DNA of 248,000 nt, taken from the NCBI RefSeq assembly GCF_000400465.1, contig NW_008806276.1, positions 20,001-268,000 on the forward strand, written 5' to 3'. Positions 105,768 to 120,000 of the stretch are shown piece after piece. The notes under the pieces were generated by a model. The model made no database searches. It saw only the letters and a program-made list of their open reading frames with translations, and had not been told where the DNA came from. Position 1 is the stretch's first letter. Every line of letters starts with the position of its first letter. The position numbers and the translations under genes are program-made. Origin of the DNA: Wallemia ichthyophaga EXF-994 (taxonomy: Eukaryota; Fungi; Basidiomycota).

Positions 105768-106111
105768 AGGTATATCTTCAATTGTAATCATGTATAAATC
105801 GTTAAATAGCCATTGATAGACCATCTCTAGCCCACCATTGGCTGTCTGCGTTGCCACCACTCCACCTCCTCAGTACCACTCCAATCTCACCAGGGAAAAG
105901 AGAAATAATGATAAAAATAAGCTAGGAATACAACTGAGCCTACAAACACCCTTCACACACCCTCCCATACTCTCCACGGTTTAAAATCAGATTTTCATTT
106001 CAATCGCATCTCAGCAGAATTGCTCGCCTTCTTCCCCCAGCGACCTTCAGCAAGTAAAGTGAGGAAATTGAATAAAACAACGAAACCAAGCTCACAGAAT
106101 ATTTAACCAGG

Positions 106112-106734
106112 ATGCCTCACTCATTTGGTCTCCGCGCTCGTACCCGTCACTGTGAGTATGGCTTACAAGTTTTATTAAATGGCTGATGGAATGAGCAAGT
106201 GTTCTCCCGTAACTTCAAGGGTGTGTGAGGTGTACCCAACTCGCTGCATAGTCTAACGTCCCTCAGAGCACGGTCCAATCCACCTTAAAACCTACCTCAC
106301 TCCATACAAGGTTGGTGACATTGTAGACATCAAGGCTAACCCAGGTGAGCAACGCGGTATGCCACACAAGTTCTACCACGGGTGAGTTTTCATTCAAGCC
106401 CAAGAAGGCGCCACTCATTCCTCCATACAGTCGCACCGGTATCGTATTCAACGTCGCTCCACGTGCCGTTGGTGTCATCGTCTACAAGATTATCCGCTCC
106501 CGCTACATCGAGAAGCGTGTCAACTTGCGTATTGAGCACGTCAAGCACTCCAAGTGTCGTGAGGAGTTCTTGAGACGCGTTAAGAGCAACAGACAAGCTC
106601 TCTCTGAGGCTAAGCAAAAGGGCGAGCGTGTCAACCTTAAGCGTTCACCAAAGCAACCACGTGAAGGTCAAATGCTCAAGTCAAAGACTACTCCAGAGAC
106701 CATCGCTCCTATCGCTTACGATACTTACATTTAA
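106112..106734 (+). CDS. RPL21: 60S ribosomal protein eL21
   Basis: [32 protein letters not shown]. Confidence 0.95.
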
Positions 106735-107033
106735 ACTCGAAGAGTCTTTGTATTTGGCACTATTCATTCAAAACACTTGCTTAAAAATTCTTGTGAAATT
106801 GTCTCAAACCAAGTATTCATTCGAATTTCTGATATTAGAATACCCAGCCTTAGAAATTGTCTGCACACATACTGCTGATAAGCCTTTTGAATGCCCTCAC
106901 CCGAGCTGCGATAAACGTTTCGTAGGAAAATAAATGTCTCAAAAAATATTCATTCATTTGAATTCTTGTTATATAAAGTTGATAAGGGTAATTGAATCAA
107001 TGAAATTGTATCATATGTTGAAATCCGCTGCAT

Positions 107034-107217
107034 TCATTCAAACGTCTTAATAGACTGGTTGTCTTCCGATTCCAAAGAAGTTTTCCTCTGAGTTCTAAGT
107101 GGTGTCAGTGTGTGCTAAGCGCGCTCGGTGTGCCGGCTGTGTATTTCAAACACTCACAACTGGTACAGCGGTTACTGCTGCGAATGCTGCTGCTAAAGCT
107201 ACTAATTTGATTTGCAT
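107034..107217 (-). CDS. Putative secreted micropeptide (35-37 aa, one intron)
   Basis: MQIKLVALAAAFAAVTAVPV, then GTGAGT donor, CTGAC branch, TAG or CAG acceptor, short second exon. Confidence 0.55.
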
Positions 107218-109638
107218 ATTTCAATTTAACTGTCGTCGTTCGTCTACAAGATGTGAGCCGAGCGAGCAGTTATAAGTGATCCGACACTTGAATGCAGTTA
107301 CAAATAAAATTAATATTCTGGAACGTATTCGATAGCAAGGCACATGAGACTGTACAGATTCACGCATTCTCCATTCACTCTCACTCCCCTCGCCTTACGA
107401 ATGAGTTAACGCGTTCCTGTCCCTGGAATGTCCAATGAGGACTAATTGAAGTGGGGCACGTAAAAAAGTGTCATTTTAAGCGTATTGAGCAATATTATAT
107501 ACGCGTTTATTGTGGTTGTTGGGATTTTCTGCGTGTATGCAGCTATCTACATAGCGCATACGGTGAGCAAATAGGAGGAGCGATTATCGCGCGCTAATCA
107601 AATAGCCTTTCAGTATCTCTCTTTTATTTCTTAGGGCGCATATCACACTCGCACTCGTGATATCACTGTCGGCGAAATGAAATGTAATCAATTAATAACG
107701 CTGGAGCTGTCATATACAGCGTGACTTACGCTAGGTCTATCATCTTGGAATTTGTTTGGCTTGTGGAGATTACTTAGATGAGGGAATTATGTGCACTACT
107801 CTCTGTGCCTTCTTTGGAATTAATTACGGGTAAATTTTGATCCAATTGATCCATTCTAAACCTAGTTGGCACGCCAAACATGGCTATACATTCTTAGTAT
107901 TTCAAATTGGCTGTCTAAAAACAGTACAGAATGCATATTGCATTTAACGCGTTGGTAAAATCCACGTGATTTATGTCACTTTGAATAATTCGAGCCGTTG
108001 TCTATGTCTGGGAATGTCTACAGTTTCCAACGATAAAGAGCATATAAGCCCAAGTCCAAGCCATACAGACAATAAGACTTTACCGGTAGTCCGTATAACC
108101 GGTAACGTGGGGTGCTGTACATTAACCCGGGTACGCTGCACACGGTAAATTATAATCTATACTCTAGCTGATGATGTGCCAACCACTGTGGCCACCTATA
108201 CCACAACACGTAGCACCTCCATCTCCTCTAATTCTCTCTCTCACATGATCTTGCAAAGCCTGCAGAGCAGAGCGGATGGACTATACCAGAAAGCGCACCA
108301 AACAATCCACCCACTGCACCTCTGTTTGGCTATTTTCAGCTGCTTACTTACGCTCATAGGAGTTTGCAGTTTGGTAGCGTGAGCAAATACAAAAACGCAC
108401 GCACACAGCTAAAGTCGTCTAATCAGTGATAAAGAGGACCTGCCAATAGGTCCACACTCATACAAGGCTGGGATCGTTGCACTCGTCGCTGCCGTCTTTC
108501 TTTGGTTCGGAAATAGTTATTTGGTTTATAATCATTACATTAGCAAGTTAAGAAGGGGTGTGTAGGTAAACCAGCTACTTCGATACCTCCAAAGCCTTTC
108601 TACGTCTCATTGATGTATTTTTTCATCCTCAAATTTTCTTCTAAACTAATCAAATCCCTTTTCTCGTCGTGGCTTTTCTGCATTTTGTTCGAATATTCTG
108701 AGCATTTGGCTGTGATTTAAATCTCCAATCCCACCTCAGATAATCCACAGGCGTTACAGCAGTTTAACTTGCCGTTCAGCCTCGATCTGTGCCAGTCTGT
108801 GAAGCGAGTCGCGTTTGAGACAGTCTCACCTGTACAAGTCTCACTCACAAGGCGTATATGAAATTTTACAGTTATAGCAAAATCTTTTAAATTTCTTCCT
108901 ATTTGCTGACTCGAGACACTCCTGGCGTATATACTTCTCATTCAAATTCTCCTCGAAAGGTCTCCTGGTTACCCCCCTCCCACTGAAATAGGCAATTACT
109001 GTCTGTTTGTGTAAGTGTGTATGTATGCTAGTTTCAGCATCGTCTGAAATTCTGTGTTTAAGATCGACCTGTCTTGCTCACCAGCCAGACAGAAGCGCGT
109101 TATGAGGTATGGAACAACAGGGTCTTTTCTCATTGCTTGAAGCTGGTAATTTATAGTTGCAACTCATCTTACAAATATTCCTCCTTAAGTATGCAGCTTT
109201 GATTGATTTCTTGGAATGTGGTGAATTCATCCGTGGCCGCGGGGGTCTTTAATAAATGTGAAGAAGCCACGCTGCTAAATGAAACATACCTATGTGTAAA
109301 ACCGTAACTCCCTTCTCCAACATACATCCCACTTGGCTTTGTTCTGAGTAGGCAAAATTTCACGGTAATAAGAAGTCTCAGTGAGAAGAAAGATAGCGAG
109401 AGTGTAAGGAGGGGTTGTAATGAAAACACACGACAGTAAGATACAAATCTCAACTTTCGTAACCTTTTCGAGAAGCTTCCAAGACTTCAAGACTTCAAGC
109501 CTTCAAAATGAGTTCTGCGTGAGACTTGTGTTTGAAATTCAATGAAACCTTGGCAAAAATATCCAGAAGATTCCAGTGTATCATATACATCGTGGTACAT
109601 CAATCCCACGACACACACCTCTACTACCAACTTCCATC

Positions 109639-111410
109639 ATGTCCGCAGACGAATTGAAAGCCCAAGGAAACGCAGCGTTTAGCGCAAAAGACTTCACGAA
109701 AGCTGTAGACCTCTTCACGCAAGCCATCGCTCAAGACGCCAACAATCACGTCCTCTACTCAAACAGGTCGGCTTCTTACGCAGGTCTTAAGCAATACCAG
109801 AAGGCGCTAGACGATGCCAGCACCACAATAAGCAAGAAGTCTGATTGGCCAAAAGGTTACGCTAGAAAGGGCGCTGCGCTGCATGGATTGCAGCAGTACA
109901 TGGAATCAGTTGAGGCTTATGAGCAGGGTTTGAAAGCAGCTCCGACAGATTCTGGCTTGCAGAAGGGTTTGGCTGACGTCAAGGCTGCTGCTCAATCCGA
110001 CGACGACGGTCCAGGCAGAATCGCTGAAATGTTTAAAGATCCTAACCTCATTGGAAAATTGGCACAAAACCCTAAAGTTGCCCCAATGCTCGCTGATCCT
110101 GCGTTCATTGCTAAACTCAAGGCTATCCAATCGGGTGGTCAACCTTCACCAGACATATTCCAAGATCCACGCATGATACAGGTTATGGGCGCTTTGATGG
110201 GTGTCGATTTACAAGCATTTGAACGTCCAGAGGGTAGTGATCAACTTCCTGAAAACCTCCAGAAGGCAGACCCACCTAAGCCAGCAGCAGCCCCAGCTCC
110301 TTCTCCCTCACCCGCACCAGAGGCAAAGATGCAAGAAGCAACTCAACCAGCTGAGTCTTCTACTTCTGACGAAAAGAAGGAGGCTCTCAAAGCCAAACAA
110401 CAAGGTAATGAGCTCTACAAAGCCCGCAAGTTCGATGAAGCCATTCAAGCATACGAGAAGGCTTGGGAACTCGACAACTCGGACATCTCATACCTCACTA
110501 ACCTTTCAGCTGTTTTCTTCGAGAAGGGAGATCTTGAAAAGTGCCTAGAAGTTTGTGAAAAGGCTGTGGAAGAGGGTAGATCGATGCGAGCTGACTACAA
110601 GCTCGTCGCGAAGGCTCTCGGTCGTATCGGTAGTGTGTACTACAAGAAGAAGGATCTTGACGCGGCTGTGAACTACTTTAATAAGTCGCTCACAGAACAT
110701 CGCTCAGCTGATGTGCTCAACAAGCTCAGAGCCACTGAGAAGGAGAAGAAGGATGCCGAAGTGGAGGCATACATCAACCCAGAATTATCAGAAAAGTCGC
110801 GCGACGAAGGGAACGTAGCTTTCAAGGTGAGTCTAGATCACAATAGTGCCATCACATCACTAACAATCTTACTCAGCGTGGAGATTTTGCAGAGTCCGTC
110901 AAACTCTACTCCGAGGCAATAAAGAGACTGCCAGACAACGCGCGTGCATACACAAACAGAGCAACTGCGTACAACAAATTAGCTGCCCTTCCTGAAGCCC
111001 TCAAGGATGCCAACAAAGCTATAGACATCGACCCATCGTTCGTCAGAGCGCATATTCGCAAAGCTATGGTGTTGTTCGGCATGAGAGACTACACGCAAGC
111101 AGCAGCAGCGCTCGACAAGGCCACTGCAAATGATAAGGAGGGATCAAACGGCAAAGAGATCAGAGATTGGTCAGCCAAGATAAACTCAGCACTGTATAGC
111201 CAGCGTAGTGAGGAGTCAGATGAACAGACACTCGAGCGAGCAATGAGGGATCCAGAAGTGGCTGCTATCATGGGTGACCCAGTTATGCAGTCTATTTTGC
111301 AACAGTCACAAACTGATCCAGCTGTGCTGCAACACCATATGAAGTCATCGTCTGCTATTCAAGAAAAGGTGATGAAGTTGATCAACGCTGGTATTATAAA
111401 GACACGTTAA
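109639..111410 (+). CDS. STI1: Hsp70/Hsp90 organizing co-chaperone
   Basis: Three TPR blocks and two DP domains. Confidence 0.95.
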
Positions 111411-111471
111411 AGTTTTACCTGTGTACTGTATGTGCATTGCTACAAATTGATTTTCTTATTTCGGCACTCCG

Positions 111472-112807
111472 ATGACTGAAAAAAGCGTGCTTATCGTTGG
111501 TGCTGGAGTGTTTGGGCTAAGCACAGCGTACGAGCTGTTGCAAGATGGATACAAAGTCACAATCGTTGAGCAGTCAGACCAAATTCCTTCTGAGAGCTCC
111601 AGTTCAACGGTATGTACGCCGAAGACCATCCCAGCCACGTTAAATACTCGCACAGGACATTTCCAAGATTGTCCGCGCAGACTACAGCTCAGCCGTCTAC
111701 TCAAAGCTCGCAGCAGAATCGATAGCGGATCTTGAGAAGAACTGGACAGAGGCTGGCTTCTTCCATCAGTGCGGGATGGTTGTTCTAGGGGAAAGTGACT
111801 ACGCTAAGGCGTCTTACAAGCATGTGAAATCTATGTATCCTGAGCAGGTGCGTTTGCTCGACCAATCTTCCATACAAGACGTCCTGCCGAAGAATGTTCC
111901 ACTGAATAGCCTCACGCGCACAGCATATCAAAACAAAGCAAGCGGATGGATCGAGTCTGGGAGAGCTACAGCCGAATTGGCCAGACGCTGTGAGGAAATG
112001 GGTGCGACACTCATCCCTAATTTCACCGTTGGCCGTGTTATTTGGAGTGGTGACAATGACAGAGTTGTAGGCGTAGAGAGTGCTTCCGGAGAGGTACTTG
112101 ATGCTGCTCTTACCATTATCGCGTCAGGCGCGTGGTCCACTCTGCTCGACGACCAGATCAACAAGATGCTCCTCGCGTCTGCGCAGTCTGTGGCCATGAT
112201 TAAGCTCACTGAAGAGCAACACGAGCGATACAAAGACTCCCCTATCGTCATCAACCTCAATACCGGGATTTATATGTTTCCCCCCACTTCCACGCGCTAT
112301 TTCAAGGTATCCAAGCATCACGCAGGGTACATCAGTAGAGAGCGCAATGCACCAGTCTCGATAGATACCAAACGCGAGCAACTAGGTGAAGACGAGCCTC
112401 CACTGTCCATCTCCAAAATACCTAGCGTGATGTACGACGAGCTCCGAAATGGTTTGAAAGAGGTTTATCCGGAGATAGCTAATGACTCGTCGCTGGAGTG
112501 GAAAACGAGGATGTGTTGGTACTGCGATGCTCAGAACGGCGATTATATTATAGATTACCACCCCCTTTCCAACAAGTCGCTCCTGTTCGCCACTGGCGGC
112601 AGCGGACATGCCTACAAAATGTACACTGTTCTCGGCAAACTCGTCAAGCAACGTATGGACGGTACACTGGATGCGGAGATGAGCGACATGTTTAGTATAC
112701 AGCGCGATACAGAGCAGGTGCCTGTCGTCGATAAAAGCAGATTGGACACAGTCAGGCGCGATTTTTCGGTCGCGTTCATGGCTGAAGGCCAGCAGCAGCC
112801 CAAATAG
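111472..112807 (+). CDS. FAD-dependent oxidoreductase (sarcosine/fructosyl-amino acid/pipecolate oxidase family)
   Basis: IVGAGVFGLSTA, RMCWYCD, ATGGSGHAYK. Confidence 0.87.
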
Positions 112808-112965
112808 GCATGAAAATTTTGTACTGCTATTTGGTACGACGAAATTTCGCTAAGTCTCAAGATATAAAATGAGAACCACTACCAGGTGGATATAGAATAA
112901 TTAGACTATAATTTGTTGAAAATAAGTGTATGCTTTCATGCTACACCACATTGCATCCTGACATC

Positions 112966-114020
112966 ATGCAAGATAAGACTGCAATCGTGTTTGTGCATGG
113001 GTGAGTGGGATGCTCCCTTCTAACAAGCACTCAATCACACCGAACAGCTTTAAAGGCGGCGTGGATACATTCGGAAGTCTACCGCAAGATATGGAGTGTT
113101 GGCTGGGCATGCAAACCGAGCTAGACAAATACACCTCAACAGTGTATCCTGCGTGGAAGACGTCTGGGAAGTTGGTGGGTTGATGGACGAGGTACTCAAA
113201 TACAATAACCCCAACACACTTGCAGGAAATCGCAGTAGACAATCTGCAAGCCTGGATGGCAGAGCAACAACTGCAAAACCAGTACACGGCCTTCGTACTA
113301 GTCGCGCATTCAATGGGTGGACTTCTCGCCTGCGACGTGTACCTCAAGTCCCTCCGAGAAGGAAACAGACTGAACATAAAGGCTGTTCTCAATCTCGACT
113401 GTCCCATGATTGGCTTACACCCACATGTATTCGCTAATACTACGAACGACTATTACAACAAGTTTAACAAAGTCAAAGATGTCGCAAGTGGCGCATCGGT
113501 GCTGATACCTTTTGTCGGTGCATTGTGGGGCGCGAATAAGTCTGATAAAAGCGGTGCCGAACAGAGAGATGAGCGAGAGAAAAAGGTTAAAGACAAGGAA
113601 CACAATGTACAACCTAACACAAACTACCTCAAACCGGCAGGCGCAGCTATAGCAGCTATATCTGCAGTAGGCGCAGGTGCTTACTTTGGGAGAGATAAGA
113701 TATTAGAGGCGTATCGAGCAGCAGCAGGTCTGACTACCGATCACTTGCTCTTTTTGTCAAACTTGTGGAACACGCGCAGCCTCAAAGAGCGCCTGGATAG
113801 CATGTCTAATGCACCTGTGGTATTCAAAAACTACTATACCCACCTTCCACATCTCAATGATAGGACTTTTTGTCTCATACCTGCTAAGCACAGCAGTTTC
113901 ATCAAGACTTCAAACTCCCTCGCCAACGATGAGATTAGCGCACATATTAACATGTTCAACGCTTCTTCTAACAGCAGCTACCATCAACTTCTCAAGCATC
114001 TTGTCGAGGATGCACTCTAA
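112966..114020 (+). CDS. Alpha/beta hydrolase (DUF676 lipase-like)
   Basis: VFVHGFKGG, LVAHSMGGLL. Confidence 0.72.
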
Positions 114021-114038
114021 CAAATATTTTACAACAAT

Positions 114039-117000
114039 CTATGACGACTTGATGCTATCAGTGTATTCTTCCAACATTTTCAGATCGTGGTACCGCGCCA
114101 CTGAGTTTATAACTTGGAGACGCCTTTTGAATGCTTCGCGTGATGTTGTCAGCTTCCAAGCACCAGAACAGTGACAATGTGCAGCTAAATCGGAAGATCC
114201 TGAGACGCGTTAGAGTAGCCAAGATAACATTTCAGCACCCACTAATCGTGCCACACTTGGAGCATTTGAGATCTTGCACGGCGAACCCAGCAACCAGCTT
114301 GTCTACAACACCTAACAGTGACAGCTCCACCTCCATCTTGTCCTGTGAGCGACCGCAGGAAGCACATGGCCATTCTTCTTCAAGAAGCTCTACATCACGC
114401 ACGAGGTCGAGATCCTGAACAAATGTACATGCTTTGCACACCACACCTGTCACCTTAAAGCTTTCACAAGGCGGCTTGAATTGGGCATCCTCGGAGCTGG
114501 AGATGGGTGTTAGCGGGACTCACAAGAAGTACGAATACACCCACAATTCTCGTACTTTCAATATATCCAGCAGGTTGCGTTTCAGTACTGTCACCTCAAT
114601 AGCAACATCTCTAGACAACCCTAACACAGTGCACACACTCTTAACAAATTCCAACGTTGGGTTCTTCATATTACCCTGTGAGCCTGGAAGGAGAGGGAAG
114701 ATAAACATGTTGGCCTCTTCGTTGTCTTCCACACCGCTCGCCAACTCCGTCGCCGCTTCCGACTGTTTGCGAGACATCTCGGTGACTATCTTGAGTAGTC
114801 TCCTAGTGATCACACGCGTGATCAAATTCCTCTCAAAGTCTATTTCTTGCTTTTTGTAATCATCAACCGCAACCTCGCCTCCTTCGTTAGCGATCGCTCG
114901 CAGTGGTTTTCTGTATTGTAGACCCATCTTGCGTTTCTCAGAATACATGGCGTAGATATACTCAGCTATGACTATATCAAAGTAGTTTTGCAAAGCTGGT
115001 GGGAGATACTGTGGGACGTTCCACTTCATATCGACATGGAACTCCTCAGGCGGAGAGGATGAATTTGGAGCGTGATTGACGACACCACCGAAATTGGACA
115101 GATCCATCCACACCAGATAGTCCCAGAAGTTTACCGTCGTAAGTGTAATGTGCTTGAACAATTCAGCCGAGGTTGTAGCCGAGAGAATGTACTGTGCGTA
115201 CGCGGCAGCTGAGCCAGCAGTTGGTTTCGATGTGAGGATGAAAATTCGTCCAAAGTCCGCATAAACTATACCTGAACCAAGTCTCTTGATTTCCGCTAAA
115301 AGCTGCAAGAATACTTTCTTCATTAGTCCTCGCAGGAAGCGATGAATACCTGGATCGAAGAGTCGTGACACTGGTGAAGAGATCCACCTGAGCAAATGAT
115401 CAACCAATAAATGTCCAAATGCACTCTGTCCGTCAGCTGACTTTGCCTTATCTAGATACCAGCTTTTGACCATCGACTTGAGAATGGAGAAGACCTGCGA
115501 TGACACGACAGCCTCTCCCAACGTGACAGAAGCTTTGGCCTGCCCTTTTGTATACTCATCTATGGTGTGTGATGTACTGTCAAAGACAGTAGCTGCAGAT
115601 CCTGCACCTTCCATCTCATTTACAAGCGACGACTGAAGGATAGAGTTGACGGCAATATCTCGCAACTCAACTTCAAGTACGACGTTTGAAAATGTGCCAG
115701 GGTTTGAGAACTCTTCAGGCCCACCGCCTTCGTCTGCAAATTGTTGAGGAGGCACATCCTGTTCACGTCCACCGAGATCAGGCTTCGACGAATGAGACCA
115801 CCAAAGTAGGATATCACTTTTAATTAATCGCCTAGCAAACGATATGTCAGACAGCTGTATAGGGGCGTCCCTCTCTATGTTACCAACAGGGACGTCATAA
115901 TGCTTAGCCAGCCCGATCCTCTCGTGAATCCAAGCCGACATACGGAAGTACATACCAATCATCCTCTTAGATATCTTCGGCAGCCACATCAGACTCTCGT
116001 CGATACTCAAATCTTTGCGGGACGTGGGCACTGCAATGACAGGGTAATTGTTTAGTCCGTCACCAAATTGAGAGAAGTAGGATTGCGATTGGGGCGAGTT
116101 TAGGACAACAATTGTAGGACCTTGCCTCTGACCACCAAGGGTATTGAGATATCTGAACATGTTCTTGACAGCAGACTGTTCGCCACCGTGGAAAGTAACT
116201 TCAAAAGACATTTCAGAACTATACTCAAATGCCTCGTCGTTCTCCTCAGATTTACGGGATAGATAACTTTCATAACTCTGTCCATAGACCTTGTCCAAAT
116301 TTGGCAGCTGTGGACGCGTCCTACTGGATGAATCCACAATAAATATCTTGCATTCACCATCTGGAGAGAAGACACTATATATGTGGCGGCGATCTACGTA
116401 AGCGTGGAACATGTAGATGTACCGCAGCTGGTTGAAGTTTTGCAGATAGGTTTTAGAATTTTGAGCTGCATTGGAGAGCTCCACTAATTCGAAACCGCGG
116501 TCAAGACCCTTGCTTAGTCCACCAGTTGATGCTTTCGAAAGTGCGCACTTTGATCCCAGCCTGATCAACGCACGATCAATAAGTGGTACCTGAATTTTGC
116601 GTTAATGTGAACAGTCAGTGAGGTACTACATCCAACCCACCTGCATCTCGTAGACACTGTCAACATTTATGTTACTCGTCAGATTCTTGAAGTGAGACTC
116701 ATTGTCGACGTAGAGTCGCTCAGGGACAGTCAACTTGAAAAGATTGAGACATGGTTGGTCACGTGGCAAGCTTCTCACGACCCTCTCAGCCATATACTCT
116801 TCCGCAAATTCACCTTCACCAGGTGCATTTTTGAGGTTGAGATAGAACTCCCTCGGTATCCTCAAGCGGACTTGTTGGAAATTACCGCCAAGGCTTAACC
116901 ACAACCTGAATTCACCAGGTCTAACGGAGGGATAGATTTGCACTATATCCCAAGCACTCCCACTAAATCCAACAGAGCGGTCTTGGAACATACCAAGAGC

Positions 117001-120000
117001 AGTCTGACGCGAAACGCCTGCTTGATTCCTCGAAGCCTTCGATCCATGCTTCCTCTTATATGCCCTCTGCAACTTCCAACGCTTACGCATTACTCTAATG
117101 AATGCACTGTAATCCTCATCGGCATCTGGGACAGGGATGGACATGACTCTCTCATACTCTTCCTCCTCGAGCTGCTGACGGTTTTTCTTGCGCACTGCTG
117201 CCTGCTTCGGTTTGCCATTGACAGATGGACCGATGCCCAAGTCCTCCATGTCCTGGTTAACCTCTCTCTGCTTCTCGAACATATCAGTCAGCTTGTGCTG
117301 TCTGAATTTGTCATCCGAATTCGCTATTCTCTTGTAGAGCCAATCCGGGTGAGCGATGCGTGGGACTGGGTTGGGTATCTTCTGCAGGGCTGCTGGAATA
117401 GTGATAATTTTTTGAACAACTGAACCGAATCTCTCAATATAGTAATCCCAATCGAGAATGCTTCTAATATCAAAGTCAGTCAGACTGTTATCCTTCAGCC
117501 ATTTACGCAGATAGTGAGATTTGATAGACTGTTCAGCAGTGAAGATGGTAACCGGTACAGCTCTTTCAGTAACAGGAGCACCGAATGGTTTGGCAGAAAT
117601 AATGTATCGACAACTAAGACCCTTATCTTTGACCATCTGCTCACCCAAGAACTCTGCAAGTCTGCGAGCTGTTGATATGGAGGTGGATTTCTGACCCTCG
117701 TACTCGGCAAGTGTTTTACTCATTGATCGATTCTCGGAAATCAGTTCAACTAGCTCCTCATCAGATAAAGTGGAACCTTTACCGAAGAGAATATCCAGCC
117801 ATTGGTCCGCAACTTTGGCGACAGCATCGTAGCACTCCTTTGTCGTCGATCCTAACAAAAATTTACTGAAAATTTCGCTTTGGAAGAATTTGATGAGCTG
117901 CAGTTCACCCCTGCGCTTCACTTCGAATCCCTTTAATTCTGCTAAAGAACCGTCCTCTTCGAACACCGCGTATCGCTTCTTCAGCAGCTTATCTTCTTCT
118001 TTGGAGGCAGGTAAGATCATCGCACGATATGGTCCATCCAATTCGAAGAAAATACTATTCTCCGAATGCATTTCATACTCCCCTTTGTCCTTGTTGGTGA
118101 GAGTGTGGTATTGGTCGTTGGTGAATTTTCCGTGGACAAGGTGATTAAGCATAACACATGGGTAAGAGAAGCCCATGGTTTTGCCGCCCTTAAGAGTGAA
118201 TTTAAAGTTTTCAGGAAAGCAGCCTGGAAGCATACACCAAATACCGTCAGTATCTAATTCAAGCGGTCTGCCAATCTGTTCGACGAGCTGACGAGCCATC
118301 TGGATGATAGTCGCACCAGTCAAGCAAGTTATACCTGCCATCTCCATAGAATACCATCTCGCACCTTTACGCATGACATAACCGTAGAAAGAGTTAAGAA
118401 TGCACTTGTGGGCGAGTTGAAGGGAGTCGTAAAGAGTTATCATATTCTTAGCCTCAACTGAGGCAGACAAACTGCCCTCTTCATTTGCATTGTCTAATTT
118501 ACCTTTCCACTGCTTGTGAAAACCTTTGTACTCATACCGTCTATCGCGAAACGCCCTAACTGTGTCAATGTAGAACGGGTTTTCGCGCTGACAGATTATA
118601 GCTTCACGGTTGATGATTTTGGTATCGTGTGTTTTGCGATAAACCTTCCTCGAGTAATCCCCAAGACGCTTCTGTATTAGAGCGGACTGTTCAGTAGGCG
118701 AGAGCTCGACAAAGCGTCTCTTGGGCGCACCTATCTGACGACCAGGGAAAGACTCCGATTCGAGTGCGTGTCTAATCATATTGTACTCATCTCGCTTTGC
118801 AGGGAAAAATTCACCACGCCAAGCCCATGTCAAACGCCTATCACACTGCTTATCGGGGGTGTTGTAGTCACATGCTGCGCACATTCCCTCATCAACCACG
118901 GCATCTGGCTGTAGCCTGTTTGACAACATGATCTAAGAGAAGGTGTGTTAGCATGTGTGTAAGACATACTACTCACTCACATTCGGATACATGGCAGCAA
119001 CGTCAAGATGGTAGATCAACGGTGGATCTTGTCTGACGGGATTATCACGAAGATTCTCCAAAACCCCCTTGATCTCATTCTTGACTTGCTCGTAATTCTC
119101 CACATCCTCCAACCTCTTCTTCTCCTCGACGACAATGGAGAACTGGAGTGCGTTGTCGAGGTCATCAATGAGCTGAGGCGAGGAGAATGAGTGTCATCGC
119201 CACCGAATCAAACAAATCCTACTAACCTGCTGAATAGCCTTGGGGACAATCTTGAAATCAGTAGCTATGTCATTCCTGAACACACCAGCTTCCAACGCTT
119301 CGACGTGACCACCGACATAAGTCTCTGACGACAGCAGATGTCCTTCATACATACTGCCTTGTGGGTCGACGTGTCTGTTGGGCATTATGACGCCAGCACT
119401 GTAAGCCTCGACCATGAGCAGAGTTTCACAGAGCGTGCCAGAACCCTTGCGAAGGACATCGTCGGGGTTGAGAGGTATAATGTTGCAGAGGGAGAAGACG
119501 AAACTGAGAGAGCGTTAGTGTGAGGTGATGAAAGGAGAAAGTGAAACTGACGGATGGATATATTTCATGTAGAGGTAGTAAGTAGCTACGGCGTCAGACA
119601 CCGAATACTGAGCGAGCACTTGCGGCTGCTCAATGGCGTATCTAGAAAAAAGGGTGAGTGGTGTATTCAAAGTTGAGCCTGAGAAAACCTACGGTGTCAT
119701 GAGCTCTGGATCAAGTTCAATGGGGTTGTAGCCGAGTTTGGCAACAGTGACAGCTTTGAGACCGTGACTACCCTGGGGGAGATAGGAATCCCGCTTCACC
119801 CATCTGAAACAATCCATGTGTGAACAAGTTGCACTTTTATACTCATCCTCATTGTCCCTCTCGAAACCTGTCTCGGCGTAGAGACTCAAACCATTTGCAG
119901 TGGCGCGAGCATCGACGTAAGGAAAATCGAAGAAATCACCGTTGTAAGTAGCCATGACGGTGGGTTGAACCTGTCTGATGTGCTCGAAGAAGCGTTTCAA

